Source: Paramecium tetraurelia
Lineage: Eukaryota
DNA: 64,000 nt
NCBI GenBank assembly: GCA_000165425.1
Contig: CT868441.1
Coordinates: forward strand, 284,216-348,215
Direction of reading: 5' to 3'
A program made the position numbers and the translations under genes. This document shows, one piece after another, positions 39,873 to 51,700 of the stretch (position 1 is its first letter; each line of letters opens with the position of its first letter). The notes under the pieces were generated by a model, which saw nothing but the letters and a program-made list of their open reading frames with translations, did not search any database and was not told the origin of the DNA.

Positions 39873-40843
39873 AATTATATTAATTCATAATTAATCATTC
39901 ATTTGCTGACCTCTTCAGTCTAAATATAGATCCTTTATCAATATTTCAACTAACACTTGTTACATAGGAATATCTATCTGATTCTAGATTTCTTAGTATC
40001 TAATCTTAGTATATCATCTAAATGGCAAACAATTTATTGTTCCTAAATTCAGCATCATTAATAACTCATAAATTTTTTGTCATTTTTTTAATTTAAACAT
40101 AACTCAGAAAATTTCTTAAATCAACTCATGTTAATTATATCTATTAATATTGATAATATTATTCGAAGGATTATCATAAAATTGTTTTCTAAAATATAAT
40201 TTTAGATAACATTAAAATTTATAGAAAATCAATTGATTTGATTTTGATGCCAACTAATCGAAACATAGAATTAAATTGAACAATAAAACAAAAACTGAAT
40301 TTTAAGAAAAATTAATTAATGGTAAATGAGAAAATATTTCTAATTATGCTATTCCCCTTAAATTAAAATATTAGGTTAATGATTCTACTTCCCAATTTAA
40401 CTTAACTATATCTAATTTTTATAACATAAAATAATATCTAATTAAAAACCATAAAATTTGGCATCTAAGTAGAGCAAAATTAAATGCGAATAACTTTAAT
40501 TACAAAAATGTTATTTAAAATCAAAGAAGAAATAATACATAGGATATTATAAATATTAATATTTTTATTATTCTAATTAAAACTTCATCATTAGGTGCAA
40601 AAATAGTATACTTTTACCTGTAAATTAACTGATGAGTAACGAATCCAATCATCCTTATAGGATTAAGAAAAGATATCTTACGCACATTAATAACACTTAC
40701 AATTTTCAATAACCCCAAATATTATTAATTTTGGAAATTCTTTTAGTCTTAATTTAATACATATTAGTAAAAGCTAATTTCTTATAATATTTTTGGATAG
40801 TTTATAAATAATGAATAAATTCTTTCATTTTTGAGAATTTTTT

Positions 40844-42395
40844 ATGTTTAACCAATTTTTGAATCATATCAGAAAAGTCGATCAATTTGGAGTAGTCTTC
40901 TAACCTAAAATCAAATACTCAACAAATGAGTACAAGACTGCTGTGGGCGGGATAATGTCAATCGTTCTTTATGGGTTGAGTTTCAGCTATTTGATATATA
41001 GCTTTGTGTAGTTTGGCTAAGGGTCTATTCTTCCAAAAATTACATCAATCCAAGCGAAATCAGACCAATAGAGTGTATCTTTCGAGAACGAAATAATGTC
41101 ATTCAAGATCAGGCCTGGATAAGACAATTAAATAAATCCATTCGATCCAACGGCTCTAGTGCTTGTTCCATTCGTGATTCCATTTTTAAACAATGAGATA
41201 CCTCCAAGTTAATATTTCAACTTCGAATAAATTTCATTCTAAGGAAATACAATATCCATTCGGAATTTGAATTTATAATATGGGGATCCCTCGTAAGATG
41301 AGATGGAACAAATCATTGCATTCGTAGGATGTAAACAAGCTGACATACAACCACCTTTCGCATGTGCAAATGAGAGTGTCAGAAATTCTTTTTTCGCTCA
41401 ATCTAGTAATGCCATGCTTGCAACTACTTAAGTAAATTAATTCAATACGGATAAAAGAACTTTGGAGGAGGTTGGCAAAGAGCAAGTCTTGGCAATAGTC
41501 GACAATTCAACATATTTTTAAACCACTAATTTGAATATTTAAGAATCAACAGTTGATACGGGACTCTTATTGGAGTCAACTGAAAAGTATGTTTACGCTA
41601 CAGATTATTATTTGACTAGTTAGCAAATAGATCAATAGTATTTTAGAAATACATTTAATTATGATGCCTATTTAGTGTTTTAATTGAGAATTGGCAAATT
41701 GAAATACTATTAGAGTATTCAATATCCAAAAATTAGTGAAATTTTAGCAGATGCAGGTTCTATTGCTTCTACAATTTTATTATTGTCTTATTTTGTCATT
41801 CTATGTAATCAGAGCCTTTTGGAGAAGCAATCCTTGAATGATATCATTTAGATCTATTATCCATCCTATAAGGACATGTAGATAAGAAGGACATTTTATG
41901 GTTAGATAAAGGAGGTGACTTATTAGGGGAAAAGGTAGGACGTAGACCAATTCAAATAGTATTAGAAAGAGTTGTAGGATAAAGCAGAGAAGAAATTAAC
42001 TATTTTAAATTAAGTGTATGAGATCTCAAGATTATAATTTTTGGTTTAAAATATTTTGAAGTCGAAGGAGCAGTTAAGATAGAGTCACAAAATTGGGATT
42101 AAGTTAAAGTAATTTGAATTACCCAAATTGATTAATGAGGAGAACTTAAATGGCAATTAAATTGTATTTACATCTTTTTATTAGATACCTCATTCACAAT
42201 TGAATTTGAATTGTTCGACCTAAAAGTTGGTGATAATTGATAGTAACAGTGATTCATTGTAGAATCTTAAGGTATCTTAAGTTGATAATACTTTAGAAAC
42301 AACAGCAATAGAATACGATTGAAGAATCCGATGAAAATTAGTTAAACGATGAAGACTTTGATATTTTGATTCAACCTAATGAATTGGAAGAATGA
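40844..42395 (+). CDS. Ciliate-expanded two-transmembrane protein with large extracellular loop
   Basis: N-terminal VDQFG...YKTAVGGIMSIVLYGLSFSYLIYSFV (TM1), a long loop with Cys residues, then YPKISEILADAGSIASTILLLSYFVIL (TM2). Two 3' introns, TGA at 42393-42395. Confidence 0.8.
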
Positions 42396-42447
42396 AATTA
42401 TATTATTTGTAAGAATAATATTATAAGAAATAATTAATTAAATACAC

Positions 42448-45288
42448 ATGTCCACTTTATAGTATGTGAGGGAAATCATTAGTAGGTAGATCTCGACTCT
42501 ATCAAATCAAAGTGGAGAAGATAAAAAAGCTTTGGGTAAGAGTTAAACTTATTAAATTAGAATCTGAACCATACCACAATTTGCAAAAGTCAAGTGTGTT
42601 ATTAGAATCTAGGTGTTTCAATGACCCTTAATTATAGGACAAGAAATGTCGACAAATTCTATCCAAATTGATATACTTGATCAACTAGGTATGTGGCAAT
42701 AGTGATACCTCTATGATAGGGTGAGAAATTCAATGACCAAGAATCTTTGAGTTTATTCTTTGGAATTACCAAGCTCTTCTCTTCAAATAATGTGGATTTG
42801 AGGAGAATGATCTATTTGATGATTAAGGTAATATGTATGGTTTATATATTGTAGGAATTCAAAGATGAGAATTCTATGTATGTAGTAATCAGTTGTTTAG
42901 CCAAAGACATTACTTCCAAGAATGATCTCTTTAGAATTAATGCTCTGCGTACCCTTCCCTATGTTCTTGATCAATCCAACTTGGTTCAATTGGATAGATA
43001 TTTAAAGAATGTATTGACATTGTTATTCACATCAAGGCAATCCTCGAGAAGAGTTAACCGATTTCAAGTGCTGCTCTGATAGCTGGCCTATAGATTTTCA
43101 GAATAAGTCCCGATTTCATTAGAAAGTGGACCAATGAAGTGGCTGACAGACTCAATTCCAAATATCCTCAAAATAGTTTCCATGCATTATTGTTATTACA
43201 TGAGATTAAAAGCAACGACAAAGTCACATTCACTAAAATCCTCACTGGATTAACCAAAGAAACCCTTGTACCCATTGCCAACATGCAAGTTATTAGATTC
43301 ATTAGAGAAATCCTCAATACCGATGAATTAGATTAGCAATATGAAAAAGTAAATCTTTCCAATAATCTACTTAGTTGTTCATTGAATATCTCTAAAGACA
43401 AATACACAAGTCATAAGAAATTGTGATTTTTGAGGCTTGCAAAGCATTATGTGATTTGAAAACCCTCTCTAATAAGGATCTATAACCCATGGTCTAAATT
43501 GTGACTGTCTTTTTGCAATCAAGCAATGTGATCAATAAGTTTGTGGCACTCAAAATATTAAACAGATTAATCTCAAATCCTATTAGAAGATCCCTTATCA
43601 CACCCTAGCAAATCGAACCGCTCATCTAGGATTCCAATAAATCATTGTCTTCCTTAGCTGTTTCCATATTGTTGAAAGTCTGCTAAGAAACCAATATTGA
43701 GAGACTCTTAAATTAAATTTATGAATACCTAAACGACATGAGTGATGAATTCAAAATAGATGTCCTCAGAAGTGTGAAAGCATTAGCAAAGAATTCCCCT
43801 ACCAAATGGAAACCAATTATTAATTTCCTTCAATTAACCTTCAAATGTGAGGCCTCCTAAGAATTTAAGAAGTATTCAATCGAAATCTTTGAATTCATTA
43901 TTCACGAGATTCCTGAAGCTAGAGAAAATGCTATTATGGCTTTGGCCGATTACATTGAGGATTGCTAACAAAGTGCATTACAATTGAGTGTATTGAGCAT
44001 CCTCAATAGAGAAGCTTCAAAAAAACAATGCCCAATAAGAGTTATTAGAATTGTTAATAACAGACTACATCTTGAAGATGCTGAAATCAGAGCTGCAGCA
44101 GTTGGCGTACTAGGCAAATTCTTACTTAACTATCCTAATGAAAAGGCAAACCTCCTTGAATTATTACAAGCAGCTTCCTCGGATCCTGATGAAGAAGTTA
44201 GAAATCGTTCTCGATTCTATGTCAGTGAATCAGCAGCACCCAAAGAGGAGAATCCCCCATTGTCAATAGAAGAATTAGATGCAATCGAAGCCTATTTGCA
44301 ATAAAACATTCAGGAAATCTAGCAATCTAATGAAGAAGTATTACAGTTAGATAAGATCATGGCATATGCTGAATAAAACAAGGGAAAGATTAAGAAGACT
44401 GAGGTGTTACAAGAATTAGTGGAAGAGGAATTGATTTAAACTCATGAATCTGAATCTGGATTTGAGACCTATAAGAAATTGTTCAAGGAGAGCACAATCT
44501 TCTGTGATTATGGAGTACTTAGAAAATCATCAAGAGCATAAAATTTAACTGATTCTAAATGCGAATATTTAGTAACAGTGGTCAAACACTTTTTTGATAA
44601 TCATATAATATTGGAGTATAAGGTAAAGAACACATTAGACAATGTTACATTGAGTGATGTCTCTCTGGAATTGACAATAAAGAATGCAAATCTTCAATTT
44701 GAAAGAATTGTGCCAGCAAAATCAATTCAACCACAATGTGCATCTAACATATTGGTTGGATTGCAATTCAATCCTAATTTGAGATTAGTGTCATCCAATA
44801 TTCAAAGCATATTGACATTTACAGTGGATGAAAATGGTACCACCTATTAAGACGAATATTAGACTGAAGATTTCATCATAACTTATAGTGACTTCTTCTT
44901 ACCTATTTAATGGTTTAAGTAAGGTTTTCATCACTATAAAATAGAAAATTCCAAACTGAATGGGAATCTCTTAAATCACAAGAAATGTCGGCTACATATT
45001 AGTTAGATTATAAGAATACTGATATAGCAATAAAGGAATTAGTGAAACATTTCGGTATGAATTTATGATTTAAACAATATAGGGTTTTAAGTTTGTGATA
45101 ATTCTGATTAAATATAGCCTTAAAATAAGTTTCATACTTTATTACTGTCAGGCAAGTATTTGGATGCCAAGAATGCACTAGTGATATGTTAGATAGGATT
45201 TTAATAGAATATAGGATGTGTGTTAAAAATAAAGTGTAAATCAGAAGATGATAATTTAAGTACAAACATTGTAGAAACCCTTGGTTGA
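42448..45288 (+). CDS. COPG: Coatomer subunit gamma
   Basis: LQKSSVLLESRCFND...KCRQILSKLIYLINQG, LFFGITKLF, LRRMIYLMIKE, ALADYIEDC, NRLHLEDAEIRAAAV, DPDEEVRNR, LTDSKCEYLVTVVKHFF. Multiple short introns. Confidence 0.95.
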
Positions 45289-45397
45289 TATTATATTAAA
45301 TACATTTAATATGGTATAGATGGAAAACAATTAATGGGAATAAAAGAATAATAATAAACCTAAAATTTTACACAATTTGGAAATATGTTTAAATATT

Positions 45398-46532
45398 TCA
45401 ATGTTTATGGTGTTTCCTAAATTTCATTAATAGATATTCTTACTTGTTATGCTTTCTAGATTTGCTTCTCTCTTTCTCTTTCTCCTTATCTTTTTTCTTT
45501 TTGCTACTTTTTTTCTTGCTCTTATCTTTTGAATTGTCTCTACTTCTAGATCTCTCCTTCTCTTTTTCTTTTTCTTTCTCCTTCTCTTTTTCCTTCTCCT
45601 TTTCTTTCTCTTTCTCTTTTTCCTTCTCTTTTTCTTTCTCCTTCTCCTTCTCTTTTTCTTTTTCTTTCTCCTTCTTGATCAATTTTTCCTTATTCCTATT
45701 AAACGTCTTTAGCAATATCCTCTTTAAATTCTTATTTCCTGGCTTCTTCCTCCAAAATCTTCTCTAATTACAATCTTCTTTATTATAGTTTTTATAATTC
45801 AACTCTGATAGTTGAAAATCCTTGATGAATTCTTCCATCTAAATGAGTCCTAAGTTTTAATAAAAATTTAAAAGTACTTGACTTTATTCTCAGTTTCATA
45901 GAGAGATTGCCTAGCTCCACAAACTTCACAGATTTTATAAGTCTTAAATGGGTTATTTGTACCCTCATATGCAAGTAATACATCTTCTCTGGCTTTTTTA
46001 AGATTATCTGCTTCCGTTATCAATCTCTCAGATTCATCAATCTTACCTAATTCTCCCATCTTCTCACTCTAATCCGTCAATAGATTGATCTATCTTTCCA
46101 TATTGTCAAGTCGATCCTGGATCTCTTTGGGTCGATCAGCTACTTATAGTTTACTAGATTATTCAACTTATTCTTCATGCTTGGTTAAGATCTTGTCGAC
46201 TTCCTTCAACTTGTCTTGGATGTAAGCTAACATATTTATCAGGTTCATACTAAACCTATTGCCTCTTCAATGTACTTCTTCTCTCTCTGCTACTTTTTGA
46301 TACTCCTGTCACAACTGAACTCATTGATGAAGAATTGGTCGTGTCTCTTGCTGCACTCTCCCTCATGATCATATTTGGTATGCTTCCACAGGTCGTTGAA
46401 GCACTTGGAAACCAAGATATTTTTGCACACATCTTCATTCCAATAGTGATAATCATTCTTCCTCTTGCTTGCTACCACATTTCTATCCTTGCCGAATAGC
46501 TCGTCCAAAATGTAACGAGAATCATCACACAT
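45398..46532 (-). CDS. LUC7: LUC7-like U1 snRNP-associated splicing factor with KE/RS-rich tail
   Basis: ILDELFGKDRN...VCKNILVSKCFNDLWKHTKYDHEGECSKRH (ZnF1), EKMGELGKIDES, ICEVCGA...THLDGRIHQGF (ZnF2). Three short introns. Confidence 0.9.
45554..45673 (-). repeat. (KE)20 coding repeat; 120-nt polypurine/polypyrimidine tract
   Basis: Alternating AAR-GAR codons. The plus strand is exclusively T/C. Confidence 0.9.
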
Positions 46533-46577
46533 TCTTTTAATAAATATTTAAATTAGTTTCTATCTATATTGCTTAAA

Positions 46578-48684
46578 TCATAAAGTCAATAACTTAATAG
46601 TTGATTCTCCAATAACCAAGATCTTATTCTACACAAGACAAAAGTCATAAACTTTGAAAATAGGTATCTACTTGCATTGATTGCTACTCAAATCCCATTC
46701 AAATAAATTCTATTTTTGGTTTATGATACATTTCTAATTCAAAAACAGACATTTATTGATGAGTTCCCCCTTGGTCTTGCAAATCTGACTCAGCTTCAAG
46801 TCCCTAATGATCCATTCAGACTGAGCATTCAGGAACAGATACTACTCGCTGAACTTCATCTACTTCACAACACTTGGGCGACAATCAGCTATGGAACATA
46901 ATGAAATTAAAATACCTTTCTAAACCTACTGTTAAGTGTTGATGTCCCACACTTCAATTTAATTTTTGTTATTGAGAACATACAGCAAATTTTGACAAGG
47001 CATTCCAAAAACATCAGCATTAAACTATTATTAAAATTACACTTTCAAAAGCCTTTTAATATTCTCATCATACACACTGATTCCAGTGATTAGATTGGAA
47101 TCATCGGTTCTTTTGGGTCCAAAGAGATTGAATTGTTATGATGGAGCTGGTTTGAAATCATAACTGAACACTGATCTATTGAAGTACAATTAACATGTCT
47201 TGTACTTCTCAACCAACATCTCCTCTTCATTGTACTCGTTGTTTAGGTAATTCCATTTGACAAGAATAGGATTGACACTCTTTGAGATCTTCAAGATGTA
47301 CTATATGGGTTGAATTGTCTAAGAACATGACTGTCTTGATTTCCAGGTTATCAATTTCTTTTCTTCTTTCAAATTCCAATTTGTTGTCAAAGGGATAGAT
47401 TTCAATCTCAATGTGAAATATGACCTCTTCATCATAAAGCAATCCACATTTTTGGATGAGTGCAATAAATTCTCCATTCGGACTTGAACAACAGTGCAAT
47501 ACCTATTTGACTCTATGCTTTGTAGAAGAATTGCTTTTCTAGATTGTTGTTCAATAGAATGAAATCTTTTTTGTCTTTATGTTCAGCTACGATGATTTCT
47601 GGATTCATCAATTATAATGAGTAGACTCCAGGACAGAATTTGACTTCGGCAGTTTTGATTTTGGTTCCTGTTTAAATGTTCCAAGAAGTAACGACAGCAC
47701 TCTTATTGATTGAGAATAGATGATTGTTGGAGTAACATAGTCCGTGATGAATATCATCTTTAGAAGAACTCAATACAATTTGGACAACAGCTTATTTGTT
47801 TTTTAAGAATTTGGTGAGTACGATCTGACCATTGGACGCAAAGGCAATTGAATCATACGATATTGGAGTCCAACAAGTAACAGCACATCCATAAGTGGTT
47901 TGCAATTCTTCCAATACATCATTTTCAAAATCAACCAAGAACACTTCGCCTACTTTTTTTTGTTTTGCAAAAACTAATCCATTTTACAACATCAGGAGAT
48001 CATCGCATTCGTCGAGCTTGTCAGATAAGATCTTTTGTAATTCGATGAGTTCTTTGGATTTGGGTGCAAAATTATTAAAAGTGGGTTCCTGAAGATTGGG
48101 TTTGCCTAGATTAGAGGTTCTCCAGAGAGTGATTTCGCCTTCATTGACACCTACAATTCTAGGTATGTATATGACACTACCTCGGATTAGTATGATCTGA
48201 TACACAAAAGGCTGTAAGTGGTTATTCGATTAAAAATGTCTTCTTATTAATTTCAGGTTGTATCAGGAGTAGTGTGTCCCCGAAAATCAAATAAATTTTA
48301 TCATGCACTGCAACCAATGAGTAAGGCATATTTTCAATCAAGCCCTTGTACTCTTTCTTTAAATTTCATTTCTTGGTCCCAGAGGGCTAAAGAATCAGAT
48401 CCTGAGGTGTCACATAAATGCCCATCAAATGCAATTAAATTGTTCATGGAGGGTTCCAAATATTCATCTGCGATGGGAATCTAAAATTGGGGATTATAGA
48501 GTACTTGATCGAAGTGTTGGTCTTGCACAGTAACTTTGAGTTCAAGATTCAAGGATTCCAATGAGGTTTATTGTTAACTTAATTTTTTGTTGATGTGAAA
48601 TTTCTTTTTTTTTGGAGCATCAATGCCAGGTGGAGGCCCAATTGATTGCTCATCGTCATCGCCTAATCCAGGAGGGGGATTCAT
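46578..48684 (-). CDS. WD40-like repeat protein with N-terminal PPPG motifs; 2-3 apparent +1 frame breaks
   Basis: MNPPPGLGDDEQSIGPPPGIDAP..., SLALWD, ITLWR, VVTSWNI, CSSPNGEFIALI, IEVWDI, LFEWDL. Needs frame changes at ~48360 and ~47520. The one at ~47280 can be explained by a 22-nt intron. Confidence 0.7.
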
Positions 48685-48732
48685 AATATATTAGAAAATT
48701 CTTTAATTTAATTGTACACCATATATATATAT

Positions 48733-51700
48733 TCAGAACAATATAATAACTAATACTATCATTAGTATTGCTCCATGATTTGTTTTGATATCAGTTTATA
48801 TATTGATGCTATTACTACATTGAGTGCATTTCGATGTTGTAGTATTCCAATAAAAAGTATTCAGGGTATTAGCTCTACAGGATTATTGATCGTAAGCCTC
48901 TGGATTGGTCTCTACGCATTTGTCATCCTTAGAAATACAGAGTTTGATAGTTGTAGCATCCATGCTATAAATATTATGGCATTCTCTGTCCTGGAGGTCT
49001 TCGCACTCTAATGGAAGACAAGAAGTATCAGAAGTGATCTAAGGATTTTCGATCCATTTGCATTTCTCTGATAACTATTGGCATATCTATTTATCTAGAT
49101 TACTATCGGAGCATTCCAGAACCTTTAGACATTAAAGACCATCCCAAGCACAAGTTCCATCTAGACCACCATAGTTACATGAAAATTTATTATCGTAATT
49201 AGCACAGACATCAATAGCAATACACAACTGACCATCTGAAATACAGTTTGGTAATTGTTTCAGACAAGTCTCATGAGTGTAACCATAAGGTATGTCACCA
49301 CAGGAAATAGTTTTGCATTATTTTGTCTAATAAACACATTTGCCATTACTACTTTGAGCATGCAAACATGTTTGTTCATCCGTATAATCCTCACATGCTT
49401 TAATAGTAACACATCTTGTTGAATCAGATGTGCATCCATACAATTAAGCACTGCAAGCCTCATGAGTTTCTCCAACCAATTATTCACATGATTGATCTTT
49501 ACATTCATTTTGAACAGCATCCCAAGTGCAAATTCCAGTTTGAGTTATGTACTTCTAATTTGAGTTCGATTTGATGACCTTTCCATTCGAGCTTATTTTG
49601 CATTGTTCCTTCTATTTATATGATGAACATAATAACAATGGAATGCATCCATTCTCTGCATCTGTTGTGCATTTCTAGGATGTTGAATAACATTGTTTAT
49701 GAGTTAAGTATGGTAAATCATAACATGCCAAGAATCTTTTGCATGTACCTAAACTTTCCCACCAAATGCAGTCTCCATCTAAACCAATAACGCAGGCTTA
49801 TTGAATTGTGTAATCAGCACATTTACTTAATCCAACACATTTATTACCATCAGTAGTGCAGTTCTTAGATAAAGATTTGCAAATTGTATCATATGAACTT
49901 GAGATGGTATTACAACCTGTATACAGATAGCATGTGCTATTGAGCCACTTACAGATACCATCAATACCTTTAAGACAAATGTCTTCTGTAATGAATTCTG
50001 AGCATTTCTTCTTGGTTGTACATTTGACACCAAAAATGGAAGAATTCTAAAAGGCACAATTGTAGAGAGCACATTCTTTCTCAGATGTCCCTTGAATGTC
50101 ATCGCAAATTTACTCTCTGCATCTAAATGAATCCCAAATGCATAATTTATTATCAGCAGATGTTGTACACGCTGCTTATAATTATGCATTTTCACATGTT
50201 GATTTTTAAGTGCAACCACCTCCCAATCTTGTAGTACAATTACCTTTAGGATAATATTCTTAGCAATCCCTTTCTGTAATGTTGTATTCTGGTGAAGTAG
50301 TGCATGACTTGGCACTGCAATAAGAATATCTGAAGTTCCATTAGCATTCATTTCCATTGACATCTGTATTGCAAGCCTCTTGAACACGAGCATCAATACA
50401 TTATTTTCTATCAATACAAGTCTTTCCATCAGATGTACAATTGGAGTTGTATTTCTTGCATTCATCATTAGTCTTGTATATTAAATCACTGCACTTTTAA
50501 AGTCTACAATAGACATAATCAGTATAGCAGAATTGATAATGTTGTTCACATAATTGAGCAGTGATGGCAGTGTCTGGAGCATTTTAACAAGATCTAACCT
50601 AGCATGTATTAGTCTTTGGATTCCAATAGCAAGATTGATTGGAAATGGTGATAACACACTGCTTCTCAGTTTGATATTGTTCACAATAAGTGCTTTTGAA
50701 TTAACAACCATTTCCAATAGCAATTGTAGTGCATTCATTGAGATAGGATTGGCACTCATCATGTTGAGTGAATGACTTTGGAGCAGTCTGACATGATTTA
50801 TTCATGCATCTAGTTCCATCCCAACCACATGGCAGATACATATTATTGATAACACATTGTCGTTCACTGATATATGTTGCACAATCTTACAAAGGAACAC
50901 ACCCTCCAATGCCTGAATGTATGACTGTGCAATCACTCAGATAAGCTTGACATTCCACATGAGTATCTCTTGTACTATCATATGCTGCAGTGTAACAAGA
51001 CTTTACGTAGCATCTTCCACCACTCCATGCACATACATCTCCATTGGAACCAATAACACAAGACAATTCTGCTGAATAATTCAGACATCCATTCAATGTC
51101 ATACAACCTCCACCCTGCTTTGCTGTACAAGTACTCAAAAACCCATAACATTAAGTGTGAGTTGTATAACTAGTTGGAGCATTTGAACATTTAATATCTG
51201 CACATTTACTGATGTCCACATTCCAAAAACATACTCCCTGAGCAGTATTCTTGAAACAATGAGACTCCTATATATAATCAGAGCATTTAGCAGCCTTTGT
51301 GATACATTCACCAATTCTGGCTACTGTACAAGCTGACAAAAATGTCTTACATTCGGTATCATCATCAAAACTTGCATTCTGAGTTGCATCTTCGCAGACT
51401 CTATCCTTACATTAAGTACCAGTCCAAAAACAAACAGTATTATCTTAACTTTTGATACATTAGTCTTAATTCGACATCATGGAACATTTCTAAGGCTTAA
51501 TGACACAACCTGCATGTACATTTAATGCATCCACTGTGCATGTTGATAACCAAGTTTCACAATCAGTATGTGTGAATGTTGTACCAGTGTAATTTGCACA
51601 TGTTCGATCCTGGCATTATCCGGATAACCATACACAATTCACTAAACCAATATTAGTTACACATTAATCCTAAGTCACTCCTTAATCCGTGCAATTTGTA

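Noticed and set aside
45444..45767. Plus-strand (FS)n hydrophobic ORF
   Set aside because: Antisense shadow of the LUC7 KE repeat.
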